Virus record (IMG/VR): IMGVR_UViG_3300030059_001555
Location: 1-62,966 of that record
Length of the DNA: 62,966 bases
Reading direction: 5' to 3' (one strand)
Origin: a virus
Lineage: Duplodnaviria > Caudoviricetes
Of this stretch, positions 29,722-40,329 are shown piece after piece; the stretch's first letter is position 1, and every line of letters starts with the position of its first letter. Under the pieces are notes generated by a model. The model ran no database searches, was not told where the DNA came from, and saw only the letters and a list, made by a program, of their open reading frames with translations. The position numbers and the translations under genes are program-made.

Positions 29722-30591
29722 TTAAGATAACCGCTTCTCAATATTAGTATATACTTCCATACCTTCATCAGTTTTAAACCACTGCGCAAGTGCGGAGTAC
29801 GGGTGTTCATCAAACGGAACTGTCATAAGTTTTCTATCGTTAGATCCCCACATAAAGTGTCTTTGATCTGATGATAACTTTATAATGTTTAGCTCTGTTG
29901 CTTTAATACCAAAATTCCTTAGTTGTACATTATCGTCATTAACTAACTCTAAGAACAACGCTGGATTTCTTTTAGCGTATAATAATAAATCTCTTTTAAG
30001 TTCCTTAGAACTCATCTCTGATACCTTAGAGCCAAGCTCTACACGCATCACAGCTTCAGCCATATCGATGTCTAAATTCATTGCTGCTGACATAGCATCA
30101 AATTCCATTTCTAAGAAGTCAATATCACTTGCGGCTACCTCAGCTGGTTTGTGCTCGTGATAGATTTTATCTTTATGAGGGTGGTATAATGATAATAACT
30201 TTTGTAATACTGTTTTTTCTTTAGGCACGGTTAATACCCCATTTTCAAAAACAATATGAGCCATTCTTTGGTCACCCTTCATTTCGTCAACAAACGCAGT
30301 TCTTTGATTTGAAGTATGCTTTAGCTCTCTTTCATAACCAGCTGTTTCATCAAACCAGTAAATGTTACTTCCTCTTATTAAGTACGTCAGTGGGGACGCT
30401 CCATTTTTTAGGAAATAAGTTCTATCTTTAATTTCCCAACTATTTTTTTTAGGTTTTGGAGTGTCCATAACCGCTTTCTTCTTTGGTTCTGCAACTACAG
30501 TTTCTTCAAAAAATTCTGTAACCACCTCTTCCATTGTTTCAACTTGAGGTTCTACATGAACCTTCTCTGTTTTTTTAGCTTTTTTAGCCAT
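29722..30591 (-). CDS. conserved head-module protein
   Basis: Immediately downstream of MCP; charged N-terminus. Confidence 0.5.
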   Translation of the reverse strand: MAKKAKKTEKVHVEPQVETMEEVVTEFFEETVVAEPKKKAVMDTPKPKKNSWEIKDRTYFLKNGASPLTYLIRGSNIYWFDETAGYERELKHTSNQRTAFVDEMKGDQRMAHIVFENGVLTVPKEKTVLQKLLSLYHPHKDKIYHEHKPAEVAASDIDFLEMEFDAMSAAMNLDIDMAEAVMRVELGSKVSEMSSKELKRDLLLYAKRNPALFLELVNDDNVQLRNFGIKATELNIIKLSSDQRHFMWGSNDRKLMTVPFDEHPYSALAQWFKTDEGMEVYTNIEKRLS

Positions 30592-30614
30592 AATATAATA
30601 TAATATAAATTAAT

Positions 30615-30651
30615 AAAATAAAAAGGGTCAGGGCCTGAACCCCGACTCCTT
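30615..30651 (-). terminator. rho-independent terminator after MCP
   Basis: Minus strand AAGGAGTCGGGG-loop-CCCTGACCCTT then TTATTTT. Confidence 0.6.
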
Positions 30652-30666
30652 AATATATAACAATGC

Positions 30667-32103
30667 TTAGTTCATTAACATGAAGTTATTAGCACCTTGT
30701 ACAACTAAACATCTTTCAGATAAGTAGTGTACTTCCATCGTATCTTTACCTGAAGTTTGAGCTCCAACAGAACCAGTAATCCAAGTTTTTAATTTACGAT
30801 CATCAGCTTCAGAAGTTCTATATCTAACGTGTAAGAAAGGACGTTTCATGTTCTTTCCTAACTGTTGGTCATAAACTGAAGAAACACCAGCTGGAACAAC
30901 AACCCCTCTAATAGGAGCAGTAGTATCATTCAAACCACCTCTCATTCCTTTGTCATTCAAGTATTTGAAATCAGATTTGTAGAAGTCGTAAGAACCTCTT
31001 CTGAAACCAGAGAAACCTAAATTTAAAGCCATGTCTTCGTCGTTGTCAAACACTCCATAAGAAGTACCACCAGCTCCGTAAGAGTTCATAGAAGCTAGCA
31101 TGTCATCCATAGCTAGAGACGTAGCTCTATCAACAAACATCATGTTTTCTTCAATGGCACCATTGGAATCAAAGGTTGCTAACATAGCATCAAACTCAGC
31201 TAAATCAGTAGCAGCATTAACACCAGTAACACCAGTAGTTTGGTGACCTCTTGTGGTAATAGCTTTGAACAAACCTTCTGTACCAGCGTTATTAACACCT
31301 AAATCAGCACCAGAAGACAAAGCGATAACAGAATCAGCATGAGCTAACTCACTCTCTAATAAAGCCATTTCTAAGTAATCAGTGAACCTTGATTTAGTAT
31401 CACCAGAAGCTTTTAGGTACCATAAGTAACCATTTTGACCTTCTTCACCAGAAACTTCTACCCATCCAATTGCAGATGCATCAGAACCTGAAACCTCGTA
31501 GAAGTCTTTCAAGATGATGTGCTTATTTTGGTGAGATACAAATTTTGGAGTATTAGCCAAAGATCTACCGTCTTGCCCTTTCGAGAATTCAGAACCATAA
31601 ACTAACACTCTGTAAATATCTGCAGTAGTTGCTGTACCTAAAGAATCTATATTGGCCTGTCCATAAGGTTGTAGAGTAATTCTATTGTTAGCAGTTCCAG
31701 TATCTACAGATGAAACGTAACACTTAAGTGTACCAGCGGCATTAGATAAAAGAATTGTATCACCTACTCTAACACCAGCTTCGTTGTTCGCAATTGCAGC
31801 ACCATCTACATCTTTAGTAAGATTGATAATACCCGTGCTCACATACGTAGCTTGGTAAGATAGATGTAAACGCCCTTGTTCCGACCAAAGAACTCTGTCA
31901 GAGGAAGAAGCTTCTTCAGCACCTATTTGTGATAAAAATCCTGAGATTGTTCTGTTACCATAAATCTCAGCTTCCTTCTCCATTAAATCTGGAAGGTATT
32001 GTTGTGCCCACGACCCAGCAGCAGACGTAAAGTCCACGTAGTTCGATGATAGCGCTATTTTTCTTGGAGCCGCGTCTGGAGCGTTTCCACTTGTAATTGC
32101 CAT
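30667..32103 (-). CDS. major capsid protein
   Basis: 478 aa after portal and scaffold; WSEQGRLH and GTEGLF; biased codon use; own terminator. Confidence 0.8.
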   Translation of the reverse strand: MAITSGNAPDAAPRKIALSSNYVDFTSAAGSWAQQYLPDLMEKEAEIYGNRTISGFLSQIGAEEASSSDRVLWSEQGRLHLSYQATYVSTGIINLTKDVDGAAIANNEAGVRVGDTILLSNAAGTLKCYVSSVDTGTANNRITLQPYGQANIDSLGTATTADIYRVLVYGSEFSKGQDGRSLANTPKFVSHQNKHIILKDFYEVSGSDASAIGWVEVSGEEGQNGYLWYLKASGDTKSRFTDYLEMALLESELAHADSVIALSSGADLGVNNAGTEGLFKAITTRGHQTTGVTGVNAATDLAEFDAMLATFDSNGAIEENMMFVDRATSLAMDDMLASMNSYGAGGTSYGVFDNDEDMALNLGFSGFRRGSYDFYKSDFKYLNDKGMRGGLNDTTAPIRGVVVPAGVSSVYDQQLGKNMKRPFLHVRYRTSEADDRKLKTWITGSVGAQTSGKDTMEVHYLSERCLVVQGANNFMLMN

Positions 32104-32125
32104 AATTTTTTAATTTAAAGTTTAA

Positions 32126-33256
32126 TTATTTCTTTTTTCTAATCTTGAATTTGAAATCATCTGAACCTTCACCTAGCACTCTAAACTTTGTACCACCTAT
32201 GTTTGTTTCACCATGAGTGCCACGAGCCCCGACATTAATGTTCTTACCTTTAGCTACAGTATCTTTGATTGCATCTGCTTTTCCTTGCTCATAAAAATGT
32301 TGAGCAACAGCATCAGCATTCATTGCTGTAAATAAAGACTTGTGATAACCCTTAGCATCTTTCATCTTATTATCTTTACCCAAAAACTTTTGGACGAAGT
32401 TATTAAGATCGCTTTGAGTATTCTTAACGTCATCTACGTTTTTAACATTAAACCTGTACTTCTTTTCTCCGACGCTGTAGTCAAAACCTTTGAACTTGTC
32501 GTTGAATAGATTATCAGTCTTCTGTTGAAAAACTTGCTTGTTAGTCTCTGTTAGCTTGTTAGTCTCTTCAGATTCCTTATTGTAACGATCGAAGAAGTTA
32601 ACTGCTTTCTGTTGCTCATCAGTGAGTTTACTTCCAGCTTTAATCTCTTCGTAATATTTAGACTTTTGCCCGTCTATATAGGCCTTCGCTTCAGCAACTT
32701 GCTCTTTCAAAGCGATTTTCTTTGATCTTATTGTTCTGTCATCATCTACGTCTTCATCGAAACCATATTTATCTTCCAATAAAAAGTTTCTCTCTTCAGC
32801 GGATAAATGAGATTTAGTTTTTCTATAATACTCATCGAGTATTTCAGAGTCATCTAATTTAGATGTGTCTCTATTTAAACTCACGTAGTCGTTTAAATCT
32901 CCACCAGTGTCTTCCATAAAGTCCACTAGTTTCTGGATATTCTCTGGTAAAGGTTTTCCAGTAGCTTGTGCTTCAGCTATTGCTTCTTCAACTTGCTCTT
33001 CTACTTCCTCAACCTCTTCATCAGTGATTTCCTGCAACACAGTATCTTCTACTTCTGCTACAACTTCTGTTTCAGGTTCTCCCGTAACTTCTTCAACTAC
33101 TTTCTCAGTTTCAGTCTCTTCGACTTTCTCTTCTTTCTGAACTGGTGGTTTACTTAAATCTACCTTAAGTATACTATCGTCTCCAGCACTCTCAAACTTT
33201 GACTCGTCCACTTGTTCTACAACTTCTTCGGTTGTATCTACTTGATCTTCTGCCAT
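32126..33256 (-). CDS. capsid scaffolding protein
   Basis: Acidic E/V-rich N-terminus and coiled coil, between portal and MCP. Confidence 0.65.
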   Translation of the reverse strand: MAEDQVDTTEEVVEQVDESKFESAGDDSILKVDLSKPPVQKEEKVEETETEKVVEEVTGEPETEVVAEVEDTVLQEITDEEVEEVEEQVEEAIAEAQATGKPLPENIQKLVDFMEDTGGDLNDYVSLNRDTSKLDDSEILDEYYRKTKSHLSAEERNFLLEDKYGFDEDVDDDRTIRSKKIALKEQVAEAKAYIDGQKSKYYEEIKAGSKLTDEQQKAVNFFDRYNKESEETNKLTETNKQVFQQKTDNLFNDKFKGFDYSVGEKKYRFNVKNVDDVKNTQSDLNNFVQKFLGKDNKMKDAKGYHKSLFTAMNADAVAQHFYEQGKADAIKDTVAKGKNINVGARGTHGETNIGGTKFRVLGEGSDDFKFKIRKKK

Positions 33257-33290
33257 AATAAAATATTATAAAATTAAAAAATAAGTGGGG

Positions 33291-35681
33291 CTAGTATTTA
33301 CTTAACCCAGCTCCACCTCCAACTATATCATTACCTGATGATTCAAACTTTTTAAGTGTTTCACCCTGATTTTTTCTATCTACTAAATCTTTTTGATATT
33401 GAGCTTGCTTATCTACTCGACCATCTTTTCTGTCTTCCCTCATTGCTTCTTGCCTATCTTTCAACTCTCTTTCTCCAGATTGTAATCTAGAGTTTAACTC
33501 AAATTCTAACTGCATTAACTCTTTTTTAACTTGAGCTTCTTGTTGTAGGTATTGAATCTTCAATTGAGTTTTAGTCTGTTCCAGTTGAGCGTCAGATTGA
33601 GTTTTAGCTTGATTCTTTTGAACTTCGGCTTGAGCTGCTGATTGTTGCGCTTGTTGGTTAGCTTGAGACTGAGCTTGAATATTCTCTTGCTGCATCTTTT
33701 GATCTCGCTCAAGTTTCTTCTTTCTCTTAATCTTTAACAGTTGGTTTGCTAACTTAACATTCCTAACATCCCTAAGATCAATCGCGTCATCTAAATCTAT
33801 TAACTGTTGAGACAATGCTATTTGAATATTATTCTCAAGCATTTGTTTCTCCTCCTCATCAGGCATTAACTCTATAAATATACCAAAATCATATAAGTGT
33901 AACTCACCCATCTCCTCCAAAGTAGCTACGTTATGTGCTCCTATAGATTGAATGAATGCTTCTTTAGTTGGGGAATATTCTATAATGTCTGAAATCCTTA
34001 GTGATAAAGCTTCCGCTGACTCTGAAGCTAATAACAACATAGACTGTAATATATGTCTAGTTGCTGTATTAGAATTAGCAGCTGCTAACTTCTGAATACC
34101 TACTAAAGCATTTTTATCCGGTGTTGACGCATCTCTAGCTTCATTGAGCCCAGTGACATCACGAATCATTTGCAAATAGTAGTTGTATGTTTGTATAAGA
34201 CTCTGAATCTTATTACCACCACCACCGTTCTGTATTTGTTGGATAGGTACTTTACCAGGGTTTTGATCACCCTCTGAAGTAAAGCTTCTACCTATAACAG
34301 AACCTGTTTGGAAGAACATGTTTAAAGCTTCTTGTGGAGAATAGTTTGTACCATTCCCTAAGTCAATCTCGGCTAATCCATCAGCATCTAAATAGACACC
34401 ATCTGGAACCATACGAGAAAGAACTTGTTGAAGTTTTAAATGGGTTAACTGAATCATATCAGCAAACCCAGTTATTCTACTAACTATAGACTCTATCTTA
34501 CCGTTGTACATTCTAGGTGCAACGATACTGTAGTTCATTTTAACTTTGTCAAAATTGGATTTAGTTCTAAGCATGTTCTTAGCCATCTCCCATTTCAACA
34601 ACTTATCTGTACCTAGTATTAATACACCCTCGTACAAGCATTCCATAACTCTCTCAAGCTTAGAATAGTTACCATCCATATCCATAGGTGGATTAAAAGT
34701 GTCATCTTTCTCGATAACTTTAGTAGCACCTGATCCTGTCTCTTTTACTTTGTAGGTGTTATTTTTGTGCGTTTTGTAATTAAAGTATAATACACTAATC
34801 TTATTCATATCTCCGTTGTGCCTAGTCATTGACTTGACAGAACCCTTAGAACCTTCTACTATATCATAAATCTCAGACTCAGATAAATTAGGGAACTCTT
34901 TCACTAGTTCATTAATTGGAATATCTTTAACTTCGCCAACATAATATATGTCCTCAAAATATGGAGACTCAGTGTATGAATAAACTAAATTAGCTGGATC
35001 AACATATTGTATTCTAGCTCCTTCACTCCAATCAAATGTAGTTTTAACAGCGCCAATACCTATAGTAGTTAAATCGTATAAAGATCTTCTTTTAATGAGG
35101 TCGAATTTACTACCTTCCATTAAGACATTTATAGCTTGCTCCTCAGCTAGTTCAACAGCTTGTTTGTAATTAAGTTGCATGTGAAGAGCTAACTCTTCTT
35201 CTGTGTCAGGTAAGGTTTCTTTTTGGTTCTCGTAAATATCCATCTCAAAACCTTCCTGGACCATATCGTTATACTCTTTAGACTTAATGTCTTTAAGCAT
35301 TGACTCCATGTACTTAGTCCTCTTACTGATGCCATATGAATCTTGAGAAAAAGCCTTAACATCGTATGCTCTTTGAGCCATACCATTAACTACAATGTCA
35401 ACAAACTTCGGTACGATAGGCACCGGTTTCCAATCTAGGTTTAAGTAGCTTAAGTCACCATTTATAGATAGTTCATTCTTATATTTCTGTACTGGTTGCT
35501 CCCCTCTAGCATACAACCTCAAGCTGTGAAAGTTGTTTATATTACCACTATACTTAGATGTAGCGCCAGAGAACCATTCGTGCTCAATAGCTCGAGCTAC
35601 TTTCAGCCCGTATTCTTGGGTCATTTTCTCTAAATCACTAACTGCTTGTGAAGGGAAATTCCTTATCGCAGACTCTGCCAT
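33291..35681 (-). CDS. portal protein
   Basis: 796 aa after TerL; PIVPKFVDIVVNG; TGLNEARD; Q-rich C-terminal barrel. Confidence 0.8.
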   Translation of the reverse strand: MAESAIRNFPSQAVSDLEKMTQEYGLKVARAIEHEWFSGATSKYSGNINNFHSLRLYARGEQPVQKYKNELSINGDLSYLNLDWKPVPIVPKFVDIVVNGMAQRAYDVKAFSQDSYGISKRTKYMESMLKDIKSKEYNDMVQEGFEMDIYENQKETLPDTEEELALHMQLNYKQAVELAEEQAINVLMEGSKFDLIKRRSLYDLTTIGIGAVKTTFDWSEGARIQYVDPANLVYSYTESPYFEDIYYVGEVKDIPINELVKEFPNLSESEIYDIVEGSKGSVKSMTRHNGDMNKISVLYFNYKTHKNNTYKVKETGSGATKVIEKDDTFNPPMDMDGNYSKLERVMECLYEGVLILGTDKLLKWEMAKNMLRTKSNFDKVKMNYSIVAPRMYNGKIESIVSRITGFADMIQLTHLKLQQVLSRMVPDGVYLDADGLAEIDLGNGTNYSPQEALNMFFQTGSVIGRSFTSEGDQNPGKVPIQQIQNGGGGNKIQSLIQTYNYYLQMIRDVTGLNEARDASTPDKNALVGIQKLAAANSNTATRHILQSMLLLASESAEALSLRISDIIEYSPTKEAFIQSIGAHNVATLEEMGELHLYDFGIFIELMPDEEEKQMLENNIQIALSQQLIDLDDAIDLRDVRNVKLANQLLKIKRKKKLERDQKMQQENIQAQSQANQQAQQSAAQAEVQKNQAKTQSDAQLEQTKTQLKIQYLQQEAQVKKELMQLEFELNSRLQSGERELKDRQEAMREDRKDGRVDKQAQYQKDLVDRKNQGETLKKFESSGNDIVGGGAGLSKY

Positions 35682-35684
35682 AAC

Positions 35685-37913
35685 TTACTTTTTAATTATT
35701 GTTGAATTAAATCCGGTGTTAGTGTATTTCGATATACTTATACCTAATGGTTGTTTTTTAACTTCTGGGTTTGGTCGGTATAAATGCCTATTGCAAGCCA
35801 TGATCGCTAGACCAGAGCTAATAGCAGCATCGTACTTTGTTCTTTTATTTATATCAAACTTACTCCAATCATTTAATGTTTCACTGAAATAAACAGTACC
35901 ATAAGTACCATCTTCTAAGTGACCAACATGATCATTGATATACATTTCAATTGCAGCAGCATGTGCTTGCTTTATATCTTCACTAGAATTTGGCATTCCA
36001 CCAACCTCTCTTTCTGTTACAGATAATTTATTCCAAACCTTATCAGGTCTATTCATACTAAAACCTCTATAACCTCTTCTACGTAAATAATACAATAGAC
36101 GAGGTTTATTGTTCTCAGCGAGTATTGGCATCCCGTAGAATACAAGTGCCATTAGGATGTCTTCAAAGAAGATCTCAGCAGTCTGAGGCCTAGCAACATA
36201 TTCTAAAAAGAATGTATTAGCTGGAGCATCTTCCATACTGAATTTCGTTAATCCATGTAGCGCTCCTTTAGAGCCTTTACCATCCACAGTACCACTAATG
36301 TCGTAGCTGTCACAGCCAAACGCACCAACGTGTTCGTTTCCAGGGTATTTAACTCCATTCTTTAGTATAACATTATTCTGCATTCCTCTACTAGGAACCC
36401 AACTTACTTTAAATCTACCATTAGGATCTGGGTTGAATGTTACTTGAGTATCTTTAACTCCATTCTCCCATTGGAAGTTACCAGTGGTTAATACTGAAGA
36501 GTTTCTATTCCCCTCATTATAATCTATTTGTTCGTATATCTTAACGAGGTTAAACAAACTATTCTTCGTCTCATCTCTAAATGCGTGCTCCTCTGTTCTA
36601 GGGAATTGTCTGTAGAATTCATTTAGTCCGTCTTGATCACCTCTTAAGCCATCAACTTCATTCTCCCAATAATCAACAACACCTATGTCTATTAGTTCAC
36701 CATGAGGCCCGTACCTTTCATCGTCTGGTGTATCAAATACTGGAACTCCGTGCTGGTCAATAAATCCTTCATAGTTCCACTCCATTGGCACAAACAAAGA
36801 ATATAAACCAGATTTAGTCTGTCCATTTCTATTTCGCTTTGTGACGTTAGAGTCTCCATACAGTTTCTTAAAGTTATTACCACCTTTATCTAACGAGTTG
36901 GAAGTTGAGCCCATCATACACTTACCAACTATTCTACCACCTAACCTTAAACAGGTTTTAGTAACTCTCCAGTTGTTTAAGATATTATCAGGCCTCTCCC
37001 ATTTACCACTTTCATCGTGGACCAATAAGGAGAGCTTTTCACCATCGTAGCTATTGTCTCCGGTATTCTTCCAGTCAATAGTAGTGTCAAGACCCTCCAT
37101 ACTGTCTTCAACCTCGGTCTCCCTCATCTTTCTTCTAGTGAACTTCTTAGCTGGAACACGGTAAGCCAGCTCTGACTTAGGGCGATCCATACCATCTTGT
37201 ATAGGCTTAAAGAAAAATGGATAATTAATACTTATAGGTACTATTTTATCTGTAAACATCTTCTTCGCATCACCACCACTTTTGGATAACACTCCAAATC
37301 TACTATCACTTGCTAGAGTAGCTAAATTAACGGTTTCAGCCGAACTCATAAAAGAAAAACCTGAACGTCTATTCTTTAAATAGCACATCCCGTAGCAACG
37401 TTGATCAGCTTTACAAGCCTCCCAGAATATAAAGAATAACCTATTAGCTTCTCTAAAATCAGGGGCTCCAACATCTATCTTACTCCACTGTAAGTACATA
37501 TAGTAACTACCAGGAATCCAAGTTGGGATACCGTTATTTGTAAACCAAAAACCACTATCCCTTCTTTTAAACTCTTCGTCGATGTATTTATAATGTAGTT
37601 CTTTAAATTCTTTTGGGTAATCGTCCCAGTCGAATCTAGTCTTTATCTTACTAAAAGCTTCGTTAGGTTTAAACCTTCTCCACTTTTGTTCTTTACTATT
37701 TTTTGAACAACTAAATACTTCTTTAGGTACTTTAGGTAAAGCTATCTTTAACCCTTGTATCTCTATTACCTCACCAATCTCACCGGTCTTAGACACTACA
37801 ACTACATCGCTGCCTTTGTCATAACCGTACTTCCACTTCTTGCCCTTGTTGAGTCTCTTAATGGTGGTAAGCTTAACTGGTTCTATTATCTTATATAGTG
37901 ATTGCTCGTACAT
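35685..37913 (-). CDS. terL: terminase large subunit
   Basis: Walker A KNRRSGFS, Walker B LVHDESGK, GSTSN, nuclease GCDSYD and C-terminal DAAIS. Confidence 0.9.
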   Translation of the reverse strand: MYEQSLYKIIEPVKLTTIKRLNKGKKWKYGYDKGSDVVVVSKTGEIGEVIEIQGLKIALPKVPKEVFSCSKNSKEQKWRRFKPNEAFSKIKTRFDWDDYPKEFKELHYKYIDEEFKRRDSGFWFTNNGIPTWIPGSYYMYLQWSKIDVGAPDFREANRLFFIFWEACKADQRCYGMCYLKNRRSGFSFMSSAETVNLATLASDSRFGVLSKSGGDAKKMFTDKIVPISINYPFFFKPIQDGMDRPKSELAYRVPAKKFTRRKMRETEVEDSMEGLDTTIDWKNTGDNSYDGEKLSLLVHDESGKWERPDNILNNWRVTKTCLRLGGRIVGKCMMGSTSNSLDKGGNNFKKLYGDSNVTKRNRNGQTKSGLYSLFVPMEWNYEGFIDQHGVPVFDTPDDERYGPHGELIDIGVVDYWENEVDGLRGDQDGLNEFYRQFPRTEEHAFRDETKNSLFNLVKIYEQIDYNEGNRNSSVLTTGNFQWENGVKDTQVTFNPDPNGRFKVSWVPSRGMQNNVILKNGVKYPGNEHVGAFGCDSYDISGTVDGKGSKGALHGLTKFSMEDAPANTFFLEYVARPQTAEIFFEDILMALVFYGMPILAENNKPRLLYYLRRRGYRGFSMNRPDKVWNKLSVTEREVGGMPNSSEDIKQAHAAAIEMYINDHVGHLEDGTYGTVYFSETLNDWSKFDINKRTKYDAAISSGLAIMACNRHLYRPNPEVKKQPLGISISKYTNTGFNSTIIKK

Positions 37914-38194
37914 TACTTGCTCCTCCCTTCTGCGAATCCTTGGAACTTAGGTTTGTTTAGATCTTTTTTGGAACTCTCTAAATCATTTATAACCTGCTCC
38001 TCTTCTTCTATTCTATTAAGTATCTCAAAAGCATCGAATATAGCTAGCTTTTTTGTAGCAGCAGCATTCTTAAGCCTATCAGCAGATATATCGTCGTCTG
38101 AATCTACAATAGCTTCTTTAGCAACTTTGATTAGTTCTTCAACTGCTTTATGCCCAGCTTGGATTATACTCCTCTTCGTTTCCTTTATATTCAT
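37913..38194 (-). CDS. probable terminase small subunit
   Basis: Helical 93-aa protein whose stop overlaps the TerL start. Confidence 0.5.
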   Translation of the reverse strand: MNIKETKRSIIQAGHKAVEELIKVAKEAIVDSDDDISADRLKNAAATKKLAIFDAFEILNRIEEEEQVINDLESSKKDLNKPKFQGFAEGRSK

Positions 38195-38735
38195 ATTTAA
38201 TAGTAATAAATTGGTTCATAACTCTGTATAATCTCTTACCACCAATTACAAACTCATATTTAGAAACTGGAGTGAATCCTACTAGATCACCTTGCTTGTG
38301 AGTGCCATCAGTGTACTTCACTATACCTATTAGAGGCTCTTCAGTATCTACATCGAAGTCTTCTGTGGATTTTAATGGTTGTACAAAACAATAACCGTCT
38401 GTAGCATTCCAATCATCAGAGTCTTTTGATTTATGTAAGAATATTTGATCATCACTTATTGTGTATTCATTCTCATTCATAAACGATCTACTGTTCTTCT
38501 CTATTCCCTTGACATTGTGCCATCTTCTAAAAACGTTGTGGTGAACTACAATTTTATCACCTTCCTTTATTTTAGATTCAGTAACTACAGGTGTTTTTAA
38601 TACAACAGCATTCCTGTTTACATATTGATGATTAAAGATCTCAGTATTTAAAATGAGATCTTTATCACCAACCTTAACAGAGTTATTGTATCTTTCCCCG
38701 TCTGGAGATACTATGAAGTTGAATAAACTCCTCAT
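38148..38735 (-). CDS. extended (duplicated-domain) GroES-like protein
   Basis: FIVSP...AVVL..P...IKEGDKIVVH, then FVQP...GIVKY...GDLVGF: two GroES-like halves. Confidence 0.55.
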   Translation of the reverse strand: MRSLFNFIVSPDGERYNNSVKVGDKDLILNTEIFNHQYVNRNAVVLKTPVVTESKIKEGDKIVVHHNVFRRWHNVKGIEKNSRSFMNENEYTISDDQIFLHKSKDSDDWNATDGYCFVQPLKSTEDFDVDTEEPLIGIVKYTDGTHKQGDLVGFTPVSKYEFVIGGKRLYRVMNQFITIKYEYKGNEEEYNPSWA

Positions 38736-38959
38736 TAGTATTCCAAGTCATATTCCACTGATATAGCCATGTTCTTATTAAAGTCCTTCCATGGAATAAC
38801 TATATCCTTCTTTCGTATATAAATAGAGTACTTAGTCTCTTCCTCTAGTATATCACATATCGTATGACCACCATAGACATTTTGACCAACAGCGTAATGC
38901 ATAGCATCATTCTTATAGTCTTTACCTATAGTGATCTTTCTAATTACGTGGCTTTCCAT
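38735..38959 (-). CDS. hypothetical protein
   Basis: MESHVIRKITIGKDYKNDAMHY...; coupled to the next gene. Confidence 0.55.
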   Translation of the reverse strand: MESHVIRKITIGKDYKNDAMHYAVGQNVYGGHTICDILEEETKYSIYIRKKDIVIPWKDFNKNMAISVEYDLEY

Positions 38960-39221
38960 CCTCAGGGTAGTTAATCGAGCCATCTGATAAATCCACATCA
39001 AAAGTACCATACTCCTTACTAAACGTATTTTGAAGTTCTACTATCTTAGATTGAATCCCAACTTGTTGGTGTATCAACTCATGTTTTTGAGCTTCTAATG
39101 CTCCGACACGGAACTGAATAGCATTGTTGTCATTAACTACAGCTTGTAGTTCTTGTAACTGCTCATCAGTTATTTTTTCTGCTTTTGGCTTTAAATCAAC
39201 CATTTCTTTTACTTTACCCAT
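38940..39221 (-). CDS. coiled-coil hypothetical protein
   Basis: ITDEQLQELQ...KEYG..DVDLSDGSI. Confidence 0.5.
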   Translation of the reverse strand: MGKVKEMVDLKPKAEKITDEQLQELQAVVNDNNAIQFRVGALEAQKHELIHQQVGIQSKIVELQNTFSKEYGTFDVDLSDGSINYPEDGKPRN

Positions 39222-39239
39222 CTTAATTTAATTTAATTG

Positions 39240-39632
39240 TTACTTTTTTGTTTTTTCTAAAGACCTACCACCGAAGTAAGCCCCAATCACTGTTATTAAT
39301 ACTAGTTGCAATAAATCTGTCCACTTAGGTTCCACTACAAACTTAATAGTTCCAGCGTCAATGAATATCATTAATACCGTTGACACTACTAGAAATATAA
39401 GAACTAAAGGTCTAACATTCTTAGATAACCAAGAGTCGGACTTCATATCCGCTTCCCATCTATTGGAAACTTCCTTTTGCATTTCTTGCTCACGATTCAG
39501 AACAAGTTCTTTTATTTTACGAGCCGCTTCTAGTTTTTCTTCTTTAGTTGTGGTTAGACTATCTAGTACACCACCAACACCTTTAACTAACTCCGTAGCT
39601 CCTGCCGAAAATATCTTATTTAGTATACTCAT
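39240..39632 (-). CDS. holin (GTA 3TM-like family)
   Basis: RWEADMKSDSWLSKNVRP, TM helices, YFGGRSLEK. Confidence 0.75.
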   Translation of the reverse strand: MSILNKIFSAGATELVKGVGGVLDSLTTTKEEKLEAARKIKELVLNREQEMQKEVSNRWEADMKSDSWLSKNVRPLVLIFLVVSTVLMIFIDAGTIKFVVEPKWTDLLQLVLITVIGAYFGGRSLEKTKK

Positions 39633-40075
39633 CTGTCTTTATCTTTAATCATGTCGTCTATAGCTTTGTTCATTACCTTGTCTGTATATGACTTGTTACT
39701 ATAGTAAGGATTTGTTATGGAAGTAGGTACATCTTCTTCACCTAGTAGTATTCTATATATTCTACTTATGAGATGATTACACTTAAACGATGTTTTGTAA
39801 ACTGTGTACTTTATAGTAGTCCTATTCCTCTGTCTCCAAACCTCGACCCATCCTGCTTTTCTTAATCTCTCCCATCGGTGTTTATCCCAAGTGTAAGCGT
39901 ATACTCCGTTGATGAAATCATCTCTAGTAAACCTAGTTAAGCAGTTTAAATATATCAAGAGCTCTAAGTCAGCATCTTTTATATCATTAGCTTTGCACGC
40001 CCATTTCCGAACCAGTCTATAGTACTTGAGGAAATGTGAATCTTTAAGATCTTGAGATGTTATACTCCTGTTCAT
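39629..40075 (-). CDS. hypothetical protein, possible winged helix
   Basis: DLELLIYL...RLRKAGWV pattern. Confidence 0.45.
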   Translation of the reverse strand: MNRSITSQDLKDSHFLKYYRLVRKWACKANDIKDADLELLIYLNCLTRFTRDDFINGVYAYTWDKHRWERLRKAGWVEVWRQRNRTTIKYTVYKTSFKCNHLISRIYRILLGEEDVPTSITNPYYSNKSYTDKVMNKAIDDMIKDKDR

Positions 40076-40329
40076 TCTACAAGAACTACATCCCTAAGTT
40101 TGATAATTCGGTACATAACATCGTCATATGAGATGTCGTGACCTGCGTGCATATCATACATCACTGTGCTACCTTCATCAACTACCTCAGCTAGATTACC
40201 TACAGAGATAACCTTAGCTTTCTTGTATCTATTATCTACGTCAGTGTCATCAGTAAGTAGTAGACCACCTGAAGTAGTCTTCTGCTCCTTAATTCTTTCT
40301 ACTACTATATAATCGTTAATTGCCTTCAT
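40072..40329 (-). CDS. groES: co-chaperonin GroES
   Basis: MKAINDYIVV..TTSGGLLL mobile loop, VISVG. Confidence 0.9.
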   Translation of the reverse strand: MKAINDYIVVERIKEQKTTSGGLLLTDDTDVDNRYKKAKVISVGNLAEVVDEGSTVMYDMHAGHDISYDDVMYRIIKLRDVVLVE